Positions 26,453-35,499 of a stretch of 42,001 nucleotides of DNA are shown one piece after another (positions within the stretch are counted from its first letter, which is position 1; the number at the start of each line of letters is the position of its first letter). The DNA is from a virus (lineage: Duplodnaviria; Caudoviricetes). Both the position numbers and the translations under genes were made by a program. The DNA lies in the IMG/VR virus record IMGVR_UViG_3300048851_000083, positions 1 through 42,001 of that record; one strand, written 5' to 3'. Below the pieces are notes generated by a model. It did no database searches and was not told the origin of the DNA. It saw nothing but the letters and a program-made list of their open reading frames with translations.

Positions 26453-27879
26453 TACTGATCCTCTCTCATGCTGTAGAAATCTGATCCGCGAACGGCGGAG
26501 TTGGCGCCGAAGAAGTAGCCGTAGGCCCGTCCTGTCGGGCCGCTGCGGCGCTTCGCGACGAGGAACTCGATCTTGTTGCGGGCCGCTTCCATGTCCGTGC
26601 GCCAGGCTTCGTACTTGGCCCCGAACTGGTCCTCCGGCTCGTTTCGGCGGAGATATTCCTCCTCGCGGTAGACAAAGAGGATCACGTCGGCGTCCTGCTC
26701 GATCTGGCCGCTGTCGCGCAGGTCCGACGGCATCGGCCGCTTGTCAGGACGCTTCTCGACGTCACGGCTGAGCTGCGCCACCGCCATCACGGTGAGCCCC
26801 TCTGCCTTGGCGAAGTCCTTCAGACCTGTACTGACCTCGCTGGCATGCTCGTAGGGGGACATGCCCTTGCGGCTGTGAGCCATCAGCTGGAGGTAATCGA
26901 CGATCACGAGCTCGAGCTTCTCGCCGTGGGCAGCCAGCCGCCGCTTGTGACTGCGTGCCTGGCGGATAAACTTGGCGAGCGTGAGACCGGAGGTTTCGTT
27001 GATCTCCAGCGGCATTTCGTCGAGCCGCTGTTTGGCGGCGAGTACAGCCGGCAGATTGTGTTGCTTCACCGTGCCGTCGCGGATGTGCTCGTAGGGAACG
27101 CCGCCGCGAACGGAGAACGTCATGTCCGCGAGCATGCGGCGCGTCAGCTCGTCCGCGCTCATCTCCAGCGAGAAGATCAGCACGCCATGGCCGCGAGAGG
27201 CCGCACCGATCGCGTAGGACGTCACCAGCGAGGTCTTGCCCATGCCAGGGCGACCACCGACCACGACGAGGTTGGAAGGACGCAGGACACCGACGGCATC
27301 GTCGAGCGAGCCGATCATGCCGCAGCGCACGCCGCGTATCGGCTGGCCGAAGCTGTCGATCACCTGCTGGGCGTATGTGCCCACCGGTGCCTGCGAGGTG
27401 GTGACCTGCTCGGCCAGTTCAGCAACCGCCTCGTCCGCATTGGCGAGCAATTCCTCCTTCGGCACCGCGACGTTGCGGGCCGAAACGATGACGTCCTGCA
27501 AGCCCGCAACCATGCGGCGCCGGCTGGAGAGCATCAGGATCTGGTCGAAGTAAGCCTTGGATCTCGCACGTGTCCCGGCGTTCAGCGATGCGGCCGACAG
27601 GACGGCGAAGGTGCGCGGCCATTCCGGATCGTCGTGGAAGTGCGGCGCGAGCGTGACGGCATCGACGTTGTTGCCAGTTGCAGACTGCTCGAGCATCCGG
27701 TCGAGCACGCGGCCATAAAGCGGGACGGAGAAGTCGCGGCCACGGCAGCGATCGGCGACATCGTCGATCAGCTTGTTGTTGGCAATCATGTCGCCGAGCA
27801 GGCCGATCTCCGCCTCGACGTTCGCGAGTGGGCTGATGGACTCTGCGGCGGCAAGCTGGTCGCGGAAGCTGTCGCTCAT
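26452..27879 (-). CDS. dnaB: Replicative DNA helicase, DnaB family
   Basis: GGRPGMGKT, FSLEMS, IVDYLQL, AQLSRDVEKRPDKRP..SDLRDSGQIEQDAD. Confidence 0.96.
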   Translation of the reverse strand: MSDSFRDQLAAAESISPLANVEAEIGLLGDMIANNKLIDDVADRCRGRDFSVPLYGRVLDRMLEQSATGNNVDAVTLAPHFHDDPEWPRTFAVLSAASLNAGTRARSKAYFDQILMLSSRRRMVAGLQDVIVSARNVAVPKEELLANADEAVAELAEQVTTSQAPVGTYAQQVIDSFGQPIRGVRCGMIGSLDDAVGVLRPSNLVVVGGRPGMGKTSLVTSYAIGAASRGHGVLIFSLEMSADELTRRMLADMTFSVRGGVPYEHIRDGTVKQHNLPAVLAAKQRLDEMPLEINETSGLTLAKFIRQARSHKRRLAAHGEKLELVIVDYLQLMAHSRKGMSPYEHASEVSTGLKDFAKAEGLTVMAVAQLSRDVEKRPDKRPMPSDLRDSGQIEQDADVILFVYREEEYLRRNEPEDQFGAKYEAWRTDMEAARNKIEFLVAKRRSGPTGRAYGYFFGANSAVRGSDFYSMREDQ

Positions 27880-28868
27880 GAGCGGATACCCCGCAGCTGA
27901 TCGTTCCAATCCTTGAAGCCGTCGCGCGGCCACATGGCGCTGACGGCGTAGCCCCGCTCCGCCAGTTCCTCCGACGCCTTCTCGACGGCTGCGCGACCGG
28001 GTCCGTCGTTCTGCCCGGCGATGATGATCGAGATGATGCGGGAGGGGTATTGGACATGCGGCATCAGCGCGGTGCCCAGCGTCACCCAAACCTCACGGTC
28101 GAGCTCCTGCGCGAGGCTCAGCCCGTCCTCAGGCCCTTCGGTGACGATCAGTTCGGCATCAAGGCTGTCAACGTCGGAGTTGAGACGCAGGGCGCCGCCC
28201 TTGATCCGGCCGAGGCTGCGCTTCGGCTTCTCCATCCGCGCCTTGGCTTTGCCACCGTCGGCAAGGAAGATGCGCTGCAGGCCGATCAGCTGCTCGTCGC
28301 CGTCCACGACAGCGCTGACGAGGGCAGGGAGGTTTGGCCCACACTCGCCGGTTTCGTCATCGTACCAGGCGGGCGTATGCGTGAAGCGGATCGTGTGCGG
28401 GATCGGCATGATGATGCCGCGCGATCGCAGGTAGACCTCGGCGGGCGTTCCCGGTGCCGGCGCTGCGTTCTCCCACACGCCGCGGGCGCGGTCGATCGCC
28501 CGCTGCCGGTCTTGCTCGTCCTCCGCTGCCGCCTTGGCGCGGGCCGCCGGATCGACGTCAGGCAGGTTGGCCATCCCCATCCACCGCAGCGCTTCCATGA
28601 AGCCCAGCTTCTCGGTGGCCATGACGTAGGAGACGATGTCGCCGGACGCGCCGCAGCCGAAGCAATGGTAGGTGCCCTTGGCATCGTTGATCTGCATCGA
28701 GGGCGTGCGCTCGTCGTGGAAGGCGCACAGGGCGCGCTTCTCGTTCCGACCGGCGTTGGTAACCTTGCGGGTGCGCGCGACGATGGCGCTAATGTCGTAG
28801 CGCTGCTTGGCCTCGTCGACCGCGCGGCGGAACGCGGCGTCCTGCTCGGGTGAGCGGCGGGTTCTCAT
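27876..28868 (-). CDS. DNA primase-like protein (CHC2 zinc finger plus TOPRIM)
   Basis: CAFHDERTPS...YHCFGCGASGD, VTEGPEDGLS, NDGPG, KDWND. Confidence 0.92.
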   Translation of the reverse strand: MRTRRSPEQDAAFRRAVDEAKQRYDISAIVARTRKVTNAGRNEKRALCAFHDERTPSMQINDAKGTYHCFGCGASGDIVSYVMATEKLGFMEALRWMGMANLPDVDPAARAKAAAEDEQDRQRAIDRARGVWENAAPAPGTPAEVYLRSRGIIMPIPHTIRFTHTPAWYDDETGECGPNLPALVSAVVDGDEQLIGLQRIFLADGGKAKARMEKPKRSLGRIKGGALRLNSDVDSLDAELIVTEGPEDGLSLAQELDREVWVTLGTALMPHVQYPSRIISIIIAGQNDGPGRAAVEKASEELAERGYAVSAMWPRDGFKDWNDQLRGIRS

Positions 28869-29329
28869 TCGGCCTTCCCGGCGGCGAGCATTTCGAGCCA
28901 GCGCCCGGTGACGTTGTGGACCCGGCGGATCAGCGCCTCTTGTGGCTCGAGCTCTTCGCAGGTCGTCTCGCCGTCGAACTCGGCAGCGATGATCGCGGGC
29001 AGCAGCTGGGCGAGGGTCAGCGAGGCAGGGTCGTCACCAGTGCAGATGCTACCGGCATCCGCCCAGCGACCACCAACGAGCGAGAGCAGGGGATCGGCAA
29101 AGCGGCCACCCCATTCGCGGCAGCCGGCCAAGAAGGTCGGCAGGTCGATCGGCGACGCGGTGTTGGCATAGGCCGCGGCGCGATCGTCTGACTTGCCAAG
29201 GACGCGACCCATGTCGTTCCAGGTCGCGCCGTCGTCGTTCTTGATCGACGTTAGCACGGCGTTCTGGACATCGACCGCGCGAGACGCGGAAAAGGTGCGA
29301 CGGGTGCCGTGGAAGCTCGGTGCGTTCAT
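28865..29329 (-). CDS. CII-like phage regulatory HTH protein
   Basis: HTH-like TWNDMGRVLGKSDDRAAAY, located between cro and the replication genes. Confidence 0.6.
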   Translation of the reverse strand: MNAPSFHGTRRTFSASRAVDVQNAVLTSIKNDDGATWNDMGRVLGKSDDRAAAYANTASPIDLPTFLAGCREWGGRFADPLLSLVGGRWADAGSICTGDDPASLTLAQLLPAIIAAEFDGETTCEELEPQEALIRRVHNVTGRWLEMLAAGKAE

Positions 29330-29346
29330 GCCGCACATACTCCAGC

Positions 29347-29580
29347 ATGGTGAAGGACAGGCGCGCCCGTGCGGGCAACTATTTCACGACGGTCGCTCTC
29401 GCGAACATCGTGGCGGTGATTGTGGACACGATGAGGCAGGCGGACGTGCCGAATGACATCGTCCACAGCTTCATCGATGAGCTGGAGCGGCTGAATGCCC
29501 TGACGCTTCATGGAAGCCCGGCCGAGTTCATGGCGTTCTTGACCGAGACGCTGCGGGGGACGGTGCCACACAATGATTGA
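29347..29580 (+). CDS. Small hypothetical protein
   Basis: 77 aa, helical, protein-like ORF antisense to the early operon. Confidence 0.5.
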   Translation: MVKDRRARAGNYFTTVALANIVAVIVDTMRQADVPNDIVHSFIDELERLNALTLHGSPAEFMAFLTETLRGTVPHND

Positions 29581-29665
29581 GGAGCGGCCGCTCCTCGGTG
29601 ATAGAGGCAAATCTCCCGCAGATCACGAGTTCCGCTCGACGTATGGAGAAGCCATTGAGGGATTG

Positions 29666-29953
29666 TCATTCCGCATCACCTGTGTCGGGAACGCGGCGAT
29701 CTCGACATGCCAACAGCGGCGCAACGGAAGCGGGAATGTGGCTCCGTGGCCAGTGCTCCGGGTGCGACAGATACTCGAACACCTTGTCAAAGCTCCTGAC
29801 GGAACAGTCCCCGCCTGAGCGTAGCCGATTGAAGAACGAGCCTGTGTTCAAGACCAGCGTGGTTACCCGCGCGAGCGACTTTCCACCCCAAGCGGCTGTC
29901 TCGTTTTCATACACGGCGGCCACCGTTAGCAGCGACTGGAGAGAAGGAGGCAT
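29666..29953 (-). CDS. Cro-like regulator
   Basis: Divergent from cI across three operators. SLARVTTLVLNTGSFFNRLRSG...WP resembles alphaproteobacterial phage Cro proteins. Confidence 0.72.
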   Translation of the reverse strand: MPPSLQSLLTVAAVYENETAAWGGKSLARVTTLVLNTGSFFNRLRSGGDCSVRSFDKVFEYLSHPEHWPRSHIPASVAPLLACRDRRVPDTGDAE

Positions 29954-29965
29954 GAGGACGAAATA

Positions 29966-30036
29966 CGGCTTATATGCCGCATCTTCAAGGCATTTGTGCC
30001 GCGTGCAAAATTCTCCTTCTTGCGGCATGAGTGCCG
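29966..30036. promoter_or_regulatory. OR-like operator triplet (29966-29979, 29988-30001, 30023-30036)
   Basis: CGGCTtataTGCCG, AGGCAtttgTGCCG and CGGCAtgagTGCCG palindromes between the divergent cro and cI genes. Confidence 0.85.
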
Positions 30037-30037
30037 C

Positions 30038-30793
30038 ATGACAGACGGACCTTCAATCGATGTTCTGATCGAGCGCATCTCTGCTCGCCTTGCTGAGACT
30101 GATCAAACGGAACGTGCCGTCTCGATAAAGGCGACGGGAAGTCCGGACGCTCTTCGTTACATCCGAACCCGCAGAGCTATGCCTTCCGGAACGAGGCTCC
30201 AGCGGATCGCTGCGGCGCTCGAGTGTTCTGCGGATTACCTTTTGGGAGCTTCCGACGCCCCCGAGCCGCTGGAGCCGAAGCAAGCAGCCATCGGGGAGTT
30301 TTCGCGATTGGAGATGGCCGCGCGCGGGTACCTCGAGAGCGACTTGGCGCGCGTATTCTCTTGTAAGGTCTCGGGGGCCATAGCAGGCGAAGGGCACACG
30401 AGGGAAACGGAGCTTCCGATCATATGGCTAGAAGACATCATCATCGGTAATGTTGTGGCGCCACGGTCCTTCAATCCAGATGCCCTAAGGTGTTTTTACA
30501 ACCCGATAGACTACCTATCTCCGGTGTATGAGAAACTAGTCAGAATCTATATTGACGAACTAGGATCTCCCCAACCAGGAGACTATGTTGCTGTTTTTCT
30601 TGAGACGCGAGGGTCGAAGCGGCGTCCGGCATTAGAAACTCGCGACGGTACACCTCTGGTGCTCGGGCGTTTGGAATTGGTCAGCAAAACAGAAATTATG
30701 ATCAACTCCCTCAGTCCATCAGTTACGGTTCGCTTAAGCAAGACGCGGATAAATGCAGTTCGACGCCTTGTTTCGTACAGCGATCTTGCTTGA
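30038..30793 (+). CDS. CI-like repressor (XRE HTH plus degenerate S24-like C-terminal domain)
   Basis: MPSGTRLQRIAAALECSADYLLG HTH tail and PQPGDYVAV in the C-terminal domain. Confidence 0.85.
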   Translation: MTDGPSIDVLIERISARLAETDQTERAVSIKATGSPDALRYIRTRRAMPSGTRLQRIAAALECSADYLLGASDAPEPLEPKQAAIGEFSRLEMAARGYLESDLARVFSCKVSGAIAGEGHTRETELPIIWLEDIIIGNVVAPRSFNPDALRCFYNPIDYLSPVYEKLVRIYIDELGSPQPGDYVAVFLETRGSKRRPALETRDGTPLVLGRLELVSKTEIMINSLSPSVTVRLSKTRINAVRRLVSYSDLA

Positions 30794-30847
30794 TAGCACA
30801 CGATCAAGGTCCATTGCCGTGTTTGCTGTCTTCCCTGCCGCGTTAGC

Positions 30848-31630
30848 CTAGTGGAGTGCTCCCGGAACGAAGCGAGAAATCGCGTCTAGCGCCTCGGTTT
30901 CCGCGCCACGGTACGCCTGAACTCCATTTAGGCGCGACATCGCAAGCGCTTGCGTTCCTTCGCTGAGCGGATTTGCCTTTGCCCTCTCGACGAGCAGAAC
31001 GACGGGTATGTCCTGGCCTTGGTACTTTTCTAATTCCATCTTGAGAACTAACGCCTGGAGACCTTTTGCGTTCGTCGTTCCTAGAATTATCGCTACAGGC
31101 GGTTTCTCTGGTACCCTTATCACCGCGTCAGCGGGGATTGCGCCAACTCTTGGCGTAACAGGTGCATTCTCCTCCACCGTAGCAAGATGATCGAATCGCG
31201 TGTGTATGTCGCGGAGAGCATCGTCCTTCCACGACTGCTTCACTCGTTCGGAGGTTAGGAGCGCCAGGTCGTGGATGCGAAGCATCAGTGCGGTGAACGC
31301 AACCGATGCTTCAGCTGCCTGATCTAAGGCCATCGAAGCAGAGCGGATCACGCCTGCGTCGTCGTCGTAAAACGCTCTATGCTGCTCCAAAAGCTCGACG
31401 AAGGCTGCGTGTCGAGCGCCCTTTTGGTCGAGTGATACGCCTGATCCCTCAAGAAGGGCGATGGTCGCTCCGCTGTCTTCGAGATGGGTTGCCCCTCCGG
31501 CCTCGTTGATCACGAAGAACATGATAGGGTCACCATCCGGCAACCTATACGGCGTTTGGACCGCCCAGCCAGCGGGCACGCGCTCCACATGGAGGCGAGC
31601 GCAGAAGGCCTTGCAGAGTTGGTCCTTCAT
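30848..31630 (-). CDS. DUF1828-like protein, candidate anti-phage defence component
   Basis: VQTPYRLPDGDPI.F...HLEDSGATIALL N-terminus and a C-terminal ADAVIR..PVAIILG nuclease-like alpha/beta region. Confidence 0.7.
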   Translation of the reverse strand: MKDQLCKAFCARLHVERVPAGWAVQTPYRLPDGDPIMFFVINEAGGATHLEDSGATIALLEGSGVSLDQKGARHAAFVELLEQHRAFYDDDAGVIRSASMALDQAAEASVAFTALMLRIHDLALLTSERVKQSWKDDALRDIHTRFDHLATVEENAPVTPRVGAIPADAVIRVPEKPPVAIILGTTNAKGLQALVLKMELEKYQGQDIPVVLLVERAKANPLSEGTQALAMSRLNGVQAYRGAETEALDAISRFVPGALH

Positions 31631-32100
31631 AGACCTAGCTCGCCAACCTGTGGGGTCACGTTGAATAGCCTGTACGCCAATCCGAACGCATTTGCTTTGC
31701 CGATCGGAATGTCGTGATCCCCGCAGTCGCGACGGCGTTCCCTGCCAAAAGGGCCATTAACGACGCCACGTCCGACCTCATCCAGCGGACCTGTTTTCCA
31801 GTGGCAATGCCAACCGTCATGCGTGGCATGAAGTTCTACTCGGGCAACCACCGCCTGATCGCCTCCAAAAGCGACTCCGAGCCAAGCCAGGTACTGGTTC
31901 TTCGTCGGCTCGAAGGCGACAAGCAGGCGGTACATGCGCTGCCCGTCCTCCAACGTATGGACCGACCAACTCCAAGCCTTAGCTAGTTTGATCTTTCCCT
32001 TATGCGACAGTGGGAAAGCGGCGTGGCTCACTGGTCCGTTGTGCCACGGGGTGGCCTCAACGAACAACTTAGGCGTCCTCAAGGCGGCCAGCGCATCCAT
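31627..32100 (-). CDS. Hypothetical partner of the DUF1828-like gene (alternative ATG at 32151)
   Basis: ATGA-coupled to the downstream gene. His cluster RVELHATHDGWHCH. Confidence 0.7.
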   Translation of the reverse strand: MDALAALRTPKLFVEATPWHNGPVSHAAFPLSHKGKIKLAKAWSWSVHTLEDGQRMYRLLVAFEPTKNQYLAWLGVAFGGDQAVVARVELHATHDGWHCHWKTGPLDEVGRGVVNGPFGRERRRDCGDHDIPIGKANAFGLAYRLFNVTPQVGELGL

Positions 32101-32220
32101 CACAAGACGCGTAATGCATGGGTGTGGAGCCTTCAATGCCGACTTGAGCATGTACCAATGGCAGGCTTGCTAAACCCGCTGATTAAGCCGCACGCTCCCG
32201 AATCTCCCCGTGAGACAATG

Positions 32221-32272
32221 CGGCATATATGCCGTCTAATTCTTGACACGGCATATATGCCGCGCCTATTGT
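32221..32272 (+). promoter_or_regulatory. OL-like operators (32221-32234, 32249-32262) overlapping a pL-like sigma70 promoter
   Basis: Two perfect CGGCAtataTGCCG palindromes, TTGACA at 32243-32248 and TATTGT at 32267-32272. Confidence 0.85.
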
Positions 32273-32386
32273 TGCGTCGTCAGCCGATCACCTGCGGGTC
32301 GAAGAAGCTGACCGCAGGCACGTAGAAGCACGCTCGGTCCGCCAGCCTCTGCCGAACTCCTGCGATCCACTCGTGGGAGCACGCAC

Positions 32387-33850
32387 ATGGCATCGCAACC
32401 GATCATCTCGTTCTCAGAACCAGTATACCGTCAGCCCAAGCCGAAGGTCTCGTTCGCTGTAATCGCAGGGGAGGGGGCGCAGGCTGTCGACAGCGCGGTA
32501 AAGGCGCTGCCCGCGGCTACGCAGGGCGCGACCCTCGACGATCTCGCCTGGCGCGGCATGGCAGATCACCTGATTGCCACGGCGGAGAAGCTGCTGTCGC
32601 CGCGGATGTACGCGGCATTCCTCCGCTGGGGTGAGGCGGCGACGCATCTGTCGACCCGCTATGAGACCGACGAAGAGGGTAACGCTCGCTGTATCGCCAG
32701 CGGGATCGGCGTTCGCGGAGTGGCGGATGCGCCGGCGTCAAATTTCCACGATCTCGCGCTGAAGAGCTACCTCCTCTGTCTTGAGGAGGCAGATGCTCCC
32801 GCATTTGGTCCTTACCAGGGCACCGAAGAGCCGACGCGGAACCTGATCGATCGTCTCTCCCACGGCATCGCGTCGGATCTACCGTGGCAGTCGCCACTCA
32901 TTGCGATGATCGATGAGCTAGCGCAGCGAGCATGGAGCTCGTCCATCATCGACCAACTGGCGATCGATCCGGCAATCGGCTCGCAGATCACGGCCGCCTT
33001 CAGCCACGCTCGGGGCGTGAACTCGGCAGCACGCGGCGTCGCGCTGTCGGCCGATCTGCCTGCAGCGGGATACAATCCCTTCATGCGTGGTCCGCTGATC
33101 CGGTGGGAGCGCGCGTACGACGATTGGCTCGCCGCTCGCGACGTCGCCCAGCGCTACGCTCATGAGGTGTACGACCCCGCGGAAGCGAAGTTCATCGAGG
33201 TGCGCGCACGTTGGCCATTGAACCGCAATGTGTCGTCTGACCCTGAGATTAGGGCCGCACTCGCCGCCGTGGACTACAGCGACATCGACGCGCAGGATGC
33301 CGAGTATGGCCGGAGACGTCAGACAGCGCTGATGACGCTCCTCACTTTGCCAGCGCCGAGTGCGCACGAATTGGCGATCAAACTCGACCTGATCGCTCGC
33401 GAGGAGGCTTACGAGGATCACGGCTACGAAGACGTTCAGCAGCAGCTGATTTTCGACGCCAGGCGCTTCGCTCGGCACGGTGCTCATCTGCAAACCGACG
33501 CGGATATGTTGAGCGCCTACGCGGGCCTCCGCGCGCAGATGGACGGGTACCTGAACAACGACGCATGGGTCGACTCTCACTTCGAGCTTTTCGAAGCCGA
33601 AGCTCCTCGTCTTGCTGACGCTGTAGGCAGCGGCCGTGCGACTACGATCGAGGGGGTGATCGCCAAGCTCAGGGTTGTCTTCCACAACAAGGTTGAGAAC
33701 CTCGCCTCGAGCCACGCTGTCGTTGATCCACGCCACCCGCAGTTCGCGGCCTGCCTCGCCGAAGCTTCGCCCTCGGATCGCGTGCTCTGGACCGCAATCG
33801 AGGATCTCGCCCGCATCGCTGGCGTGAACCTGTCGGAGCAGGGCGCATGA
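32387..33850 (+). CDS. Hypothetical early protein with three internal repeats
   Basis: 487 aa, GGGAG ribosome-binding site. Repeats PASNFHDLALKS, PAPSAHELAIKL and RATTIEGVIAKL. Confidence 0.8.
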   Translation: MASQPIISFSEPVYRQPKPKVSFAVIAGEGAQAVDSAVKALPAATQGATLDDLAWRGMADHLIATAEKLLSPRMYAAFLRWGEAATHLSTRYETDEEGNARCIASGIGVRGVADAPASNFHDLALKSYLLCLEEADAPAFGPYQGTEEPTRNLIDRLSHGIASDLPWQSPLIAMIDELAQRAWSSSIIDQLAIDPAIGSQITAAFSHARGVNSAARGVALSADLPAAGYNPFMRGPLIRWERAYDDWLAARDVAQRYAHEVYDPAEAKFIEVRARWPLNRNVSSDPEIRAALAAVDYSDIDAQDAEYGRRRQTALMTLLTLPAPSAHELAIKLDLIAREEAYEDHGYEDVQQQLIFDARRFARHGAHLQTDADMLSAYAGLRAQMDGYLNNDAWVDSHFELFEAEAPRLADAVGSGRATTIEGVIAKLRVVFHNKVENLASSHAVVDPRHPQFAACLAEASPSDRVLWTAIEDLARIAGVNLSEQGA

Positions 33851-34368
33851 TCGGCCTCGTCGAAAGCTTCGGAGAGGCCTTCTCGATCAGCGACATCGGC
33901 AGCGTGGTGCGAGTCGAGAGACAACCCCGATCAGCTGAGCACCACGTGATCAAGCGCACGTCCGGCGAGGTGAGCGGGCGATTGTACGGCCTGGACTACG
34001 ACGATCTGTTGGGACGTCCCGTGCAACTGGTCTCTGCTGAGACTGGCACGAGCCTGCTGATCGTCTTTGTCTCTGATGACGACGCGTTCGCCGTTAGGAT
34101 CCCGGTTTTGGCCTGGGCTCTGTGCATGGACGGTCAAGTACGCCCGATCCTGCCCTCAGGCGTCCGACGCCGGTATAGCGAAAGCACCGCTGACTGGCAT
34201 CCAGACTATGTCGAGATGCCGGACGGCTCGATCTACGAGTTCGGGTTCGAGGCGGACACGGACCGCTACGACAGCGTCGATGAAGTGCTCGCGATCGAGA
34301 CGAACCGCAAGGCACGGTACGATCTGGATCGCGACGCGAAGGCTGCGGCTGCGCAGGTGCAATCGTGA
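33847..34368 (+). CDS. Hypothetical early protein
   Basis: ATGA-coupled, contains PVLAWAL...VRPILP. Confidence 0.72.
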   Translation: MIGLVESFGEAFSISDIGSVVRVERQPRSAEHHVIKRTSGEVSGRLYGLDYDDLLGRPVQLVSAETGTSLLIVFVSDDDAFAVRIPVLAWALCMDGQVRPILPSGVRRRYSESTADWHPDYVEMPDGSIYEFGFEADTDRYDSVDEVLAIETNRKARYDLDRDAKAAAAQVQS

Positions 34369-34730
34369 CGAGGGATCAGGCGGCAGCGCTGACGGCCGGT
34401 CACGGGATGGCGCGCAATCCGACCTTCTTCAAGCTGTTCATGCCGTACCTCTACCAGCGCGTGGAGGTGCCCGGTCGCAAGCACGCTTTCCTGCCGTTGA
34501 ACCGCGACTACCAGCCGCTTGGCATGAGGCGGGAAGGGTGGACGGACTATCAGCAGGTAGCATCGACCCACGCGGTCTTCTTCGCCCGTGATCCTGCGCA
34601 GCTGGAGGGCGTCTGGTGGAACCAGCGCGACGGCAGCTTCTGGCTCTACGACGACAGCGTCGCCAGCCGCATCGATTATTTCAAACGGCTGGAGACGCTG
34701 ATGCTCCGGCAGATGGAGATGGTGGCATGA
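34365..34730 (+). CDS. Hypothetical early protein
   Basis: GTGA-coupled, contains FMPY...LPLNRDYQPLG...FWLYDD. Confidence 0.75.
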   Translation: MTRDQAAALTAGHGMARNPTFFKLFMPYLYQRVEVPGRKHAFLPLNRDYQPLGMRREGWTDYQQVASTHAVFFARDPAQLEGVWWNQRDGSFWLYDDSVASRIDYFKRLETLMLRQMEMVA

Positions 34731-34942
34731 ACACCTGCGCTAGATGCGATCACTTCACGGCCAAGGCTGCGTCTGATGCGACCAGCGCGCCCGTGAAGGA
34801 TGATCTGAACGCCGTCGGTATCTGCCGGCGCTATCCGCCGCGGCTCGTCGCAGAGGGCAGGGAGTTTCTTCCCTCCCGCTTCCCCAACGTGCACCCCAAC
34901 CACGCCTGCGGTGAGTTTTACCGGGAGCCATTGGTCATATGA
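34727..34942 (+). CDS. Small Cys-rich (Zn/Fe-binding) protein
   Basis: CARC...GICRRYPP...FP...CGEF, ATGA-coupled. Confidence 0.72.
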   Translation: MNTCARCDHFTAKAASDATSAPVKDDLNAVGICRRYPPRLVAEGREFLPSRFPNVHPNHACGEFYREPLVI

Positions 34943-35235
34943 GCTGCCCAGAACAGAACTGCTCCACCTGCATCTGGTGGGAGCGTCAGGGACCTCGGCT
35001 GGCCAGCGCGAGCCGTGATCCGTCGTCGCCGCACGACTGCGGTACCTGTCAGGTGAATGCGCCAGTGGTGGTTCAAGGCAACTCACCATTCCCGGTGTCG
35101 CTGTTCCCTGTCACTCACGAGAGCCGCTTTTGCGGACTGTGGGAGGGCATGGGGGAGGGGGCCCCCGATCCGGACGACGGCGAGCGGATCATCGCTTTTC
35201 CGCTCGCACGCCCGGCAAACAAGATCGCCGCGTAG
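34939..35235 (+). CDS. Small Cys-rich protein, paralogue of the upstream gene
   Basis: CSTC...GTCQVNAP...FP...CGLW, ATGA-coupled. Confidence 0.72.
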   Translation: MSCPEQNCSTCIWWERQGPRLASASRDPSSPHDCGTCQVNAPVVVQGNSPFPVSLFPVTHESRFCGLWEGMGEGAPDPDDGERIIAFPLARPANKIAA

Positions 35236-35237
35236 GA

Positions 35238-35399
35238 TCAGCTCGGATGACCCTCGCTCTCTTTCTCCTCCGATCCACCTTCGGTCGGAAAGGCTTGCTC
35301 GTAAGCCGCGCTCTCGTTCTCGGTGATAGCGTCCTGGCTGTGCTTTGCGGCTACCTTGAGGTCGCTAGGCTTCAGCTCGTGGGACTTGTCGTCGGACAT
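35238..35399 (-). CDS. Small acidic hypothetical protein
   Basis: GAGGAG ribosome-binding site before MSDDKSHELKP. Confidence 0.5.
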   Translation of the reverse strand: MSDDKSHELKPSDLKVAAKHSQDAITENESAAYEQAFPTEGGSEEKESEGHPS

Positions 35400-35499
35400 C
35401 GGTCTCTCCTCGTCATCCTGCTTCAACGTGCTGGCGGGCACGTCCGCATCATGGATACTCACCATGCTCGCTGACGTGCCCGCCGGTCAGATCACCCGA

